31,178 nt of DNA from a virus (lineage: Duplodnaviria > Caudoviricetes): positions 1 through 31,178 of the IMG/VR virus record IMGVR_UViG_3300043120_000036, one strand, 5' to 3'. The notes beneath the pieces were generated by a model. It was not told the origin of the DNA and ran no database searches. It saw only the letters and a program-made list of their open reading frames with translations. The translations under genes were made by a program, and so were the position numbers. Of the stretch, positions 19,415-27,528 are shown piece after piece (position 1 is the first letter of the stretch; every line of letters begins with the position of its first letter).

Positions 19415-19639
19415 ATGCGTCAGACAGACCTCAACATCAGCCCATATTTTGATGACAATGATCCGGCGAAACGGTTCTATCAGGTACTTTTCAAGGCTGG
19501 TCAGATAGTTCAAAGTCGTGAACTCAATGAACTTCAGGATATCCTTCTGAATCAAATCATTTCGCCAGCATACTTCCATCACAAGATAGGCTCACAACTT
19601 TATACAATGGATCTATTAGCAACAATGGTAGCTTTTTAG
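19415..19639 (+). pseudogene. truncated DUF4815-like virion protein (first ~48 aa only) followed by an unrelated tail
   Basis: DLNISPYFDD...FYQVLFKAG..VQSRELNELQDILLNQI matches the N-terminal motif I recall for large DUF4815/VrlC-like virion proteins; no clear SD. Confidence 0.7.
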
Positions 19640-19660
19640 TATCAATGCCATATTACTAAT

Positions 19661-19870
19661 TTAAATGGTTTTAGTAAAAATACAAGTAATGAGACTCTCG
19701 GATAAATATTCTAATTCAAAATTACTTAATAGTTCATACTTAGGATAAAACTTGTAATAAATGTCACCACTTCTTCTACTAATATCATTAATACTACTGT
19801 CAGAGGGAAGCCAGCAGAAGTTGGTTTCCTTATCTGCTAGATATTTATTATTTGCATATCTGATAACCAT
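19661..19870 (-). CDS. possible small AT-rich hypothetical protein or gene remnant
   Basis: 69-codon ORF in very AT-rich DNA, GGGA upstream; no recognisable motif. Confidence 0.3.
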   Translation of the reverse strand: MVIRYANNKYLADKETNFCWLPSDSSINDISRRSGDIYYKFYPKYELLSNFELEYLSESLITCIFTKTI

Positions 19871-19944
19871 AATATGGACATCCCATATTGAGTCTCAGAG
19901 CCTTTCTGTGCTTTTTGTGGGATAACCTATACGATGGTATTCAT

Positions 19945-19957
19945 TGTGGTATATAAT
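19945..19957 (+). promoter_or_regulatory. putative extended -10 promoter upstream of endolysin remnant
   Basis: TGTGGTATATAAT containing a perfect TATAAT at 19952-19957; no good -35. Confidence 0.45.
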
Positions 19958-20055
19958 CTAACACAGTGCTTCCTAGCAACAAGGCCAGATTGAACAGTAT
20001 TTTTGACAGCGCGCGATAGGTTGCATGTAAACACAGGCTAGGCTAAGGAAAATCA

Positions 20056-20139
20056 ATGAAACTAGGCGAAAAACAAGAGCTGTTTATGCGATTATTGCCG
20101 AGATTAATCGACAAGGCGCATGGCGTTATAAAATCTTAA
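20056..20139 (+). pseudogene. N-terminal remnant of an M15-family peptidase endolysin
   Basis: AAGGA SD plus MKLGEKQELFMRLLPRLIDKAH, resembling the start of Gammaproteobacterial phage M15 endolysins, then stop after 27 aa; not in the ORF track. Confidence 0.7.
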
Positions 20140-20160
20140 CCAACACAAAGACGATACTCA

Positions 20161-22227
20161 TCATACCAACCCATCAACCAACTTACGTGCTTTCTTGACG
20201 TAATAACTGATATCGATGTTGTCCAGATTTAACCCTTGCAGCGAGTTTGCGAGGGTTATTTTTTGCCCAGCATCCACGCCAATACGACGCATAGGCGGTT
20301 CAACCGATGGTGGTGGAATACGGATATACTTACCTGACGGTGCTTTATCGCTATTGACGGTTTTACCGGTAGTGACATGTTTCCAGTGGGGTTTAGTATT
20401 CCAGTTATTAATCTGTAATTGTGTTGGTTCCATTAATTTAAAAATGTAGTCACCATCGGTACTTGCGTAGTAACGGGAAATGCGTTGGATAACCCGATCA
20501 CCGTACAGTAGCGTTGTGCTCCGATTAGCCTTAGTCCTCAGCATAAAGTCGAGCGGATTGGTTTTAATATGGTTCCTGATAAACCGTTCAATATTCTCAC
20601 CCCGAATTAACGCAGCTTCAGCGGCCTTGGCCACAACCACGGCGCTGTGATTCTTATGCCATGGTAATTCACGGGTAGCATCGTTTTCACTGGCAAGCTC
20701 GTAAGCATAGGCTCCAATACGCTTAACCGACGGTGGTATGAGTTTCTGTTTCTTGTCGTCGAAGTATGCTGGCTTAACCGCCAGATATGAATTGACATCA
20801 CGGATGCACATCTTAGAATACTCAACATCTTCGAGTTTGAGTTTAGTCAATTCTTCCCACCACTTAGCAACATCATTGGCATGACCGAGGTATTCTTCAG
20901 GACAAACATATGTCAAGCCGTCCGTATTAATTTGAATCATCTCGAAACCAGGTATCTTCATCAACTGCTCGACTAACATACACAGCATTAACTGGCCGTT
21001 GATGGTGATCGTCATAGTGTATTGCGAGTCGAGAAAGGCACTATGTTTATCATTGGTCTTACCGTACATACCACCGTTGAGGCCGAGCTTGTAGGCATTA
21101 CCCATTGCTGTTTTCTTACCAACACGAATACGCTCATGGAACATGAAGTCGCCAACATCACACCACGTCTCACCTAAGTGAGCAGGGTAAATACGGTGTT
21201 TAACAGATATATTCGGGTAATAACTGGCAGCATCGATATCCTTCAGCTTCTTTCCAGAATGAGGAACCACGATCCTATTCTTAACTGACCCATGTATACC
21301 ACCAGCACCAAAGTCGAATGTGAAGCCGTTTAACGTGGTTGAGGTGAACTTAGTTTCCTCATCGTCATCCGATTCCTTGAAGAACCCTTTAATCTTTTCA
21401 GGGTCAATGACGCTGCGACGGAAGTAGTCGAGTACCTGATTAAATTCCTTGGTTTCGAATCGGATGAACGGGAAAATAATGTCGTTGACAACGATACGGT
21501 CGCGGATAGTCTGCGTCCACTTATTGACGGTGACACCACGTTTCTGCAATTCGATTTTAACGATTTCCTCGCCAATCTTGGTGTCGTTGAAGTTGGTGAA
21601 GTCCTTGCCATACTTTGCCGACAGTTCGTCACGAAAGGAAATCATCTTCTTCGAATAGTGCAGGAACTGAACGGTGGCATCAACGTCATTGCCGTTATAT
21701 TCGAGAATGCGGCGTGATTCCTCGTAGGTAACAGGTTTATTCCAGTCGAGTTCGAGTTCATCAATAACACTGAGGCGCATGTTGAATTCCAGCAATTTCA
21801 GGCTGGTCGATTTAGCCTTGTTGTCGAAGTGGTGAATTTTGAACAGATCAACTTGCGGCACATAACGTTGGTCGCCCCAGATGAAGTGACTGAAGTCTTT
21901 CTGTGGACCATTACCTGCGGCGAGTATGGCCTGTGATTTATTGTAAAGAATGGCATTATTGATGTTGCCGTTGTAGGTCATGATCAGGTGCAATATTGGG
22001 TAGTCGTACCACTCGTTGTTAAACCCAACCATACGGCCACCACTGGCGGCAATCTGATGCACGAACAGACAAAGGTCTTTACCTTGATGTGCCCAGTCTG
22101 AAATCTCAAACGTCCACTTAGCATTATCCTCAACGCGGGTAATACGGCATGAGAAGAAGTTAGGTAGACATTCCTCGTCATAGGTATAGTGACCATTCCA
22201 CCCCGGTAAAAACTCTGTCCATGTCAT
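20161..22227 (-). CDS. family B DNA polymerase with 3'-5' exonuclease domain
   Basis: Exo motifs YDEE, GFNNEWYD, YNGND; polymerase motifs DAASYYPN, KLGLNGGMYG, INTDG. Confidence 0.93.
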   Translation of the reverse strand: MTWTEFLPGWNGHYTYDEECLPNFFSCRITRVEDNAKWTFEISDWAHQGKDLCLFVHQIAASGGRMVGFNNEWYDYPILHLIMTYNGNINNAILYNKSQAILAAGNGPQKDFSHFIWGDQRYVPQVDLFKIHHFDNKAKSTSLKLLEFNMRLSVIDELELDWNKPVTYEESRRILEYNGNDVDATVQFLHYSKKMISFRDELSAKYGKDFTNFNDTKIGEEIVKIELQKRGVTVNKWTQTIRDRIVVNDIIFPFIRFETKEFNQVLDYFRRSVIDPEKIKGFFKESDDDEETKFTSTTLNGFTFDFGAGGIHGSVKNRIVVPHSGKKLKDIDAASYYPNISVKHRIYPAHLGETWCDVGDFMFHERIRVGKKTAMGNAYKLGLNGGMYGKTNDKHSAFLDSQYTMTITINGQLMLCMLVEQLMKIPGFEMIQINTDGLTYVCPEEYLGHANDVAKWWEELTKLKLEDVEYSKMCIRDVNSYLAVKPAYFDDKKQKLIPPSVKRIGAYAYELASENDATRELPWHKNHSAVVVAKAAEAALIRGENIERFIRNHIKTNPLDFMLRTKANRSTTLLYGDRVIQRISRYYASTDGDYIFKLMEPTQLQINNWNTKPHWKHVTTGKTVNSDKAPSGKYIRIPPPSVEPPMRRIGVDAGQKITLANSLQGLNLDNIDISYYVKKARKLVDGLV

Positions 22228-22230
22228 TGG

Positions 22231-22512
22231 TTATAACCCTACGTATACGAATCGGATATGTTGTTTAACACTGTCAACTAGGTTTATTTTATAGCCCAGT
22301 AACATGAGGGTATCACCGATACCTTGGTATCGTAGTTCATGTAAATTACACGCTAACTTGTTGCGAATGTATCTAAACGAGACAGAATCAACATACCATT
22401 CATAACACTTGTCATGGTCGCAAGCAATCTGTTGCTTTCGTATACGAATAGCCGTGAATAGTTCGTTGAGTAATTGGTCTTCGGTCACATCCTCAAAATC
22501 AATATTCATCAC
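22231..22512 (-). CDS. hypothetical protein
   Basis: Tightly packed in the operon (4-nt overlap upstream, 3-nt gap downstream), GGAG upstream. Confidence 0.75.
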   Translation of the reverse strand: MMNIDFEDVTEDQLLNELFTAIRIRKQQIACDHDKCYEWYVDSVSFRYIRNKLACNLHELRYQGIGDTLMLLGYKINLVDSVKQHIRFVYVGL

Positions 22513-23204
22513 AGTAACTCCATGCTGCTGATAATACCGTGTTCATCACGGATAACCTTAACGGTATCTCCCGTTCCGACGTAATCACGAACAGTACGTT
22601 GGCGCAGAGTCCCACGGTTGATACCGAAATACTCCGCCGCCTTTGTCTGATTACCGCGGAACCAGATTAATGCGTCGCGTAACGTACACACTTCAATCTG
22701 AACCGTTGGCACTTTGATTGGTTTTGGTTTGATCATTGGTTTCTTTCTCCCTCGGATTCTCGGACCAACCCGAATAACTGGAATACCTAACTTCTCAACG
22801 TAATCGAGGATAACGGGGTCATCGTCAACCCACAGTTCAATGTCGTCACGATTGGAGTCAATGAAGTCACGCTTAAAGTCGTGTGGGTGACGATGGTCAT
22901 CATGTTCGCGTTCGATGATGGTTAAATCACTACTGACACTGACCTCTACACTATTCAACCAACGGCGTGTGCCGAATTGACTATTGGTTAAAATCACCAA
23001 GTCATGCCAGTTTTCATCATAGTCGTTGCACGCAAGTGAAAATGACTCAAACAACCCTACTATCGGCTTAATCGGCTTGCCGTTCTCATTAACCCATCGT
23101 TGCCATTCAAGCCAGTGTTCGGCGCGTGACATGTCATCTGGTACGGTATGCTCGCAACCATCGTTATTGCGTAAACACCCATCTAAATCAAAAACTATCA
23201 TCAC
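22509..23204 (-). CDS. HAD-family (PNKP-type) phosphatase fused to NinH/Fis-like HTH
   Basis: FDLDGCL motif I, ILTN, K, WVDDD motif IV; C-terminal GNQTKAAEYFGINRGTLR. Confidence 0.8.
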   Translation of the reverse strand: MMIVFDLDGCLRNNDGCEHTVPDDMSRAEHWLEWQRWVNENGKPIKPIVGLFESFSLACNDYDENWHDLVILTNSQFGTRRWLNSVEVSVSSDLTIIEREHDDHRHPHDFKRDFIDSNRDDIELWVDDDPVILDYVEKLGIPVIRVGPRIRGRKKPMIKPKPIKVPTVQIEVCTLRDALIWFRGNQTKAAEYFGINRGTLRQRTVRDYVGTGDTVKVIRDEHGIISSMELL

Positions 23205-23644
23205 TCATCATCCTTAGCAGCCGCTTCACCGGCCAATGCCGCATATGCTGCACCATCGACGAAATCATTAAGACGGAATTTACCACCACGAGATCGTGAC
23301 ATTTCCAGCAGTTCCATGAATTGCCAGCCTTGCACCTCGGTGATGTTGGTTCCAAACATGGCATTGAATGCATTGACCGTGGACAGCATTGACCGCTCAG
23401 CTTCGGCATCACGCTCTGATGCACGGTTGCTGATATATTCTGATGCCATTAATAGGATATTTGTTGCCTGCGGTACGGGTGGTCTTGGTATTTCAACACC
23501 TTCGAATTTCATCTTTGTAAACGATGGGAATTTGTCACCTAGTTTTGTCACATCTATAAAATTAGGACTGGTTTTCAACTCGTCAAGCATTACACCGGTA
23601 ATTCGGTAATGCACGCCATCAATATCTACGTCATAAATATCCAT
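23201..23644 (-). CDS. DUF6378-like domain protein with N-terminal extension
   Basis: ERSM...AFNA...QGWQFM.LL...DFVDGAAYAALAGE; start moved to ATG 23644 with GAGAGGG SD. Confidence 0.75.
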   Translation of the reverse strand: MDIYDVDIDGVHYRITGVMLDELKTSPNFIDVTKLGDKFPSFTKMKFEGVEIPRPPVPQATNILLMASEYISNRASERDAEAERSMLSTVNAFNAMFGTNITEVQGWQFMELLEMSRSRGGKFRLNDFVDGAAYAALAGEAAAKDDE

Positions 23645-23680
23645 AATCAAACCCTCTCACTAAAATTAACTTACACACTC

Positions 23681-23730
23681 AGAATAATACCGACTCTATC
23701 ATTTGTAAAGAGTCTTTCGAAAATTATTTT
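23681..23730 (-). promoter_or_regulatory. leftward sigma70-like promoter with AT-rich UP element
   Basis: TTTACA (23709-23704), 17 nt, TATTCT (23686-23681). Confidence 0.65.
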
Positions 23731-24302
23731 ATCTCAACATCACTTTGTATCTCATTACCCCATGAAGACCAACCAGTTCGAGGTTTCCGACAGAACATTT
23801 CAAGATAATTACCCGGTGATACAGTTTCCACTAACTCATAAAATTCAGGTGGTTTGGCTGAATGACGAGGTTTTCCGTTAAAGTAAGGTCTTTTCCAGTT
23901 GTACCATGTTGATTCACCTACTCCTATTGCTGATAGCTTTCCTTTCCTTCCGAATAGACAAAACTCAGTTGATACCCTATGTGCACCACCTAAACCACCA
24001 CCCATCCTGTTTTTACACCACACGATCGTTGTTGAATACTCAAAACCCCACGCCTTCATTACGTCAAACGCATCTTTTAAATATTTGTTAGTGACCCATA
24101 AATAAAGATGTGAATTTTCAGCAGACGGAACCTTCAACTTGCAAATTTCAGGCACCGTCATCGTTTGATAAGGTAAGTTTTCAGAACTGTTTGAAACAGG
24201 GTTGAACACCTGCTTTCCATCGACTAACTTGTAACCTCCACTTAAAGGTCTGCCTGCTTTCTGTTCCCATGGTGGGTCAGCTACTATTGTATTATATAAC
24301 AT
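23724..24302 (-). CDS. MT-A70-family adenine methyltransferase
   Basis: IVADPPW catalytic motif, LYLWVTN, WGFEY, HSAKP, LEMFCR, WGNE. Confidence 0.92.
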   Translation of the reverse strand: MLYNTIVADPPWEQKAGRPLSGGYKLVDGKQVFNPVSNSSENLPYQTMTVPEICKLKVPSAENSHLYLWVTNKYLKDAFDVMKAWGFEYSTTIVWCKNRMGGGLGGAHRVSTEFCLFGRKGKLSAIGVGESTWYNWKRPYFNGKPRHSAKPPEFYELVETVSPGNYLEMFCRKPRTGWSSWGNEIQSDVEIK

Positions 24303-24304
24303 GT

Positions 24305-26794
24305 TTATTTTATCCCCCTTGGTCTAAACCCGACCACATTGTTAGCCACGTAATTCGGTTTAACGGTGATACCAGTGAATCCTTGGGTATCGCCTGGTTG
24401 GTACACTATCGGTAGCGACGAGTTACGTAGGCAACGATTAAAGTTACCTTTCATCATCGGCGTCTTAATCCCTTCTGTACTACTCCACAGGCGATAAGCA
24501 CTATAAAGGTCTTCCAACATGGTGAACTCACCGTCAGCAAGCACACAGGAAGCCTCGACGAACTGGGATAGTGGGAACATCTCCCGTTTAATCTCGTGTT
24601 TCTCAACCAAGCTGGCTTTAGCCTCAGTAAACACCCCACCATTAGCACGTAACCGACGTAACCCTTCAATGGCCCATTGGCAGATACCAGCGGTTTCAGC
24701 GAGTAGTTTTTCACCGAGTTTCAGATCAGGTGTAACCCCGTTGGCATAAAACGACTTGAAGAATGGGAACACTAACATCCGTCGAACCAGTGCGCCCGAC
24801 GCATCGTGAAACGCTGGAACACCGTTGGCACTGAGATTGAGTTTGCTTTTAATCACCTCGTTGCGCTGATCTTTAAATTTAACATCGAACGATACAGGGT
24901 CACCACCGGTAATGGCCAGCATTGTACTGAGCACATCATCACGTGATGAAGGGTGCACGTCACGGGCATCGGGGATTAATGTCAGCGCATTCTCGGACAT
25001 TTCTTTCAGACTGGTATCTTTGTGAATTTTCGGCAACGATGGAGCAGCCACATTACCGGCACCAATCATGTTACTGAGGACAGTGGTTAATGTACCTTTA
25101 CCACCACCTGTTTTACCAGTGAACACGGCGAAGCGCTGTAACGATACGTCGGTAGTGAGACAGTAACCCATCCATTCCTGAAGCTGGTTTTTTAGTTCGG
25201 TGTCGTTACCCCATATGGAGTTCAGGAACCAATGCCATTTCGGACATTGTGCTGCCACATCGAAATCATATCCGAGTTCATTCAATGAGAAGAATGCCGG
25301 GGTGTGCGGTAACAATGTCGGTCTATCAGCGTTGAGGTCAACGATACCATTCTGGAAAATTGCCAGATTACTGGTGTCACTATTATTGCCGGTGAGCCAG
25401 GTCCCGTTCTCGACCTTATCAATGTTTACGTGGTCACATACAACACGGAAAATACCCGCTGTTAATGCGTCCGCTGGTTTAAACACAGCAAATGACCGTT
25501 GAATTTGGGCTTTAATGGTCGCGTCATCGACAACACTCCATGATTTACCGGTGAACTCGTAGAATTGATTACTACAACGGATCAGATTCACACCATCGTA
25601 ATTTGCGCCAACGAACACCACGGCGAAATCGTAATGACTTGACTTAGGTGTTAGCTGTGCAACACGGATAACGGCGTCATCACGGGAAATACGGTAATCA
25701 CCGCGCAATATATCGAGGTCAACGTTAGAGGTGTTAACGGTAGCGCGTGGTGTAGTCACAACCACATCGTCTGCGCTAATAGTTACTTCGCGCTGGAATA
25801 ACTCTGCTTGGCCTTCCCAACCGCACGACGGTTCTTGGCGGTGTATTGCCTGAAATCCCGCTTTCGCTGTTTTACAACCCGGGGCAGATTTAGGGTAATG
25901 GTATGCACGATAGACCACCCCTTCGAAGTGGTTTTTCTCGTCTTCCGTCCATGGTGGCAAGCAACGAGGGTTATAGTGCTCCCATAAGAGTTCAGTGGCG
26001 AGTTTAAGGGGGATACCATGGTCATGACCATAACAAGCCACACGGTATAACTCATGCGTTCCACTACCGGTAACAGCCGGGTGTGCGGCATTGGAAATAA
26101 ACGATATAAACTTATTACGTTCGAACGTGTTATCTTCATAACCAATCCCTTCATCAATACCTTTACGTGCGTCAACCCAGCGCTGCAGTTCAGCGTCTTT
26201 ATCAGCAGGTAACAGGTGGGCTAAACGAATATCCTCGACCGAGTATTTTGGTTTGGATTTACTCAGGTCACTGACGACGCCATATGACTTCGGTGATGAT
26301 GGGTCTTTCAGGTGTAAACTACCTGGCAAACGTGCCACACGACACGGGTCGATAACCTGACTATCGGAACCATAAAACATTGATAACTGTTTCTGAATTA
26401 CGGTCCAACCGTCATGGTCGATATTACCGGCATCAATCAACCAATAGGCATGGCCGTGGGTATCATCACGTTTTGTGATCAGGTGCGGTTCAATAGCCCA
26501 TTGCGGTTCTTGCATCCCATCGAAATCAACAAAGAACACGCGAAAGTCAATAATGTTGTAAATTTCACGACCTTTGAAATCGGTGCCATTGATACAGACG
26601 TAAATACCACACTGTTGGGATTGAGCCCAGTCGATGTACTCAAGTGATTCCTGTAATGTCGAGTGCCAAACTTTTGCAAGTTCAGGGTGCTGAGTTCCGT
26701 CCTTTGGGTCATAAAACGCTTGAAAGGTAACAACGGAGGTGTCAGAACCCGTCAACGCAGAGATATACTGCTGCGCTTGATTAAGGTCGTGCAT
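24305..26794 (-). CDS. primase-helicase (RepB-like AEP primase plus D5-like SF3 helicase)
   Basis: FFVDFD, HGHAYW, DPCRVARLPG primase motifs; LQEWMGYCL, GKTGGGKGT Walker A, ALVRRMLVFPF. Confidence 0.92.
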   Translation of the reverse strand: MHDLNQAQQYISALTGSDTSVVTFQAFYDPKDGTQHPELAKVWHSTLQESLEYIDWAQSQQCGIYVCINGTDFKGREIYNIIDFRVFFVDFDGMQEPQWAIEPHLITKRDDTHGHAYWLIDAGNIDHDGWTVIQKQLSMFYGSDSQVIDPCRVARLPGSLHLKDPSSPKSYGVVSDLSKSKPKYSVEDIRLAHLLPADKDAELQRWVDARKGIDEGIGYEDNTFERNKFISFISNAAHPAVTGSGTHELYRVACYGHDHGIPLKLATELLWEHYNPRCLPPWTEDEKNHFEGVVYRAYHYPKSAPGCKTAKAGFQAIHRQEPSCGWEGQAELFQREVTISADDVVVTTPRATVNTSNVDLDILRGDYRISRDDAVIRVAQLTPKSSHYDFAVVFVGANYDGVNLIRCSNQFYEFTGKSWSVVDDATIKAQIQRSFAVFKPADALTAGIFRVVCDHVNIDKVENGTWLTGNNSDTSNLAIFQNGIVDLNADRPTLLPHTPAFFSLNELGYDFDVAAQCPKWHWFLNSIWGNDTELKNQLQEWMGYCLTTDVSLQRFAVFTGKTGGGKGTLTTVLSNMIGAGNVAAPSLPKIHKDTSLKEMSENALTLIPDARDVHPSSRDDVLSTMLAITGGDPVSFDVKFKDQRNEVIKSKLNLSANGVPAFHDASGALVRRMLVFPFFKSFYANGVTPDLKLGEKLLAETAGICQWAIEGLRRLRANGGVFTEAKASLVEKHEIKREMFPLSQFVEASCVLADGEFTMLEDLYSAYRLWSSTEGIKTPMMKGNFNRCLRNSSLPIVYQPGDTQGFTGITVKPNYVANNVVGFRPRGIK

Positions 26795-26808
26795 AAAACA
26801 CCCCGTTA

Positions 26809-27051
26809 TTATTTGACGGCGTACTTACCTAAGATAGTTTCGGCTTTCACCAGTGTCTGCATGGCAATTGGGTAATTATTTTTCTGGGTGTACTTAACCA
26901 CAGATGAACACTTCAGACCGGTTGCAGCACAAACATTATCGACACCGTATTTCTCAACCAGGGTTTTGAATCGTTCGGTACGTTGTTCACCAGTAGTTTC
27001 GTTACTGGCATCGTAATCAGCCGCGGCCTTTTTAATTAATTCGATAGTCAT
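26809..27051 (-). CDS. small hypothetical protein, possibly HTH DNA-binding
   Basis: ATGA overlap with upstream gene; GVDNVCAATGLKCSSVVKY resembles an HTH. Confidence 0.7.
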   Translation of the reverse strand: MTIELIKKAAADYDASNETTGEQRTERFKTLVEKYGVDNVCAATGLKCSSVVKYTQKNNYPIAMQTLVKAETILGKYAVK

Positions 27052-27476
27052 GATCTTCTCATCATCCTCTGGTTGAAATCTTGGTACATGGCGTCAACAT
27101 CGGCGGCACAGGTGACAAAATCGGCAATACCACCAGCATTAATCACTTGTTGACGAAATATGTTCTGCCCATACTCTCGCGTGTTCACATTGTACGAAAG
27201 TTTCTTTATAAAACCAAGTTGTTTTACTTCAGGTGCTGTGAACACGGCCACTTTTTTACCGACCATTTCAGGTGTGATAGTGACCTCGGTCCAACCAACA
27301 AGGTCAGGTGTACGAATATCACTATCACCCTTTTTACCCTCATTACCGAGACCGAAGAATACCGGGCGACCATCTTTAGTGTAGGCCACACCGGTATTGT
27401 TCCGAAGCAGATTAGCGCCATACATCGACGCCCGCAGCTTCACGTTCTCGGTAGCGGTGTTTTCACGTTTACCCAT
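27048..27476 (-). CDS. VRR-NUC domain nuclease
   Basis: RNNTG, FGL, PDLVG, EVK, Q..F...V..AGGIA motifs; start moved to ATG 27476 after GGAG. Confidence 0.85.
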   Translation of the reverse strand: MGKRENTATENVKLRASMYGANLLRNNTGVAYTKDGRPVFFGLGNEGKKGDSDIRTPDLVGWTEVTITPEMVGKKVAVFTAPEVKQLGFIKKLSYNVNTREYGQNIFRQQVINAGGIADFVTCAADVDAMYQDFNQRMMRRS

Positions 27477-27494
27477 GATGTAACTCCACATAAT

Positions 27495-27518
27495 CCCCGA
27501 CCACCGAAGTAGTCGGGG
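27495..27518 (-). terminator. cUUCGg hairpin after SSB gene (weak terminator or mRNA-stabilising stem)
   Basis: CCCCGACTAC-TTCG-GTGGTCGGGG; lacks a proper U tract (followed by ATTAT). Confidence 0.6.
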
Positions 27519-27528
27519 TAATTGTTAA

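Noticed and set aside
7501-19941. ATGGTATT as a phage late-promoter motif (7501, 19402, 19934)
   Set aside because: The same 8-mer occurs inside coding regions (e.g. 3153, 12622, 15700), so enrichment cannot be claimed; kept only as a side note for the 19.3-20.1 kb patch
17234-20160. Tail-fibre shufflon or diversity-generating retroelement
   Set aside because: No invertase, reverse transcriptase, repeated crossover sites or template-repeat copy of the tailspike end seen in the window
798-26794. Inteins or introns in terminase, polymerase or primase
   Set aside because: Lengths are ordinary, motifs contiguous, and I saw no intein splice-junction or LAGLIDADG signatures
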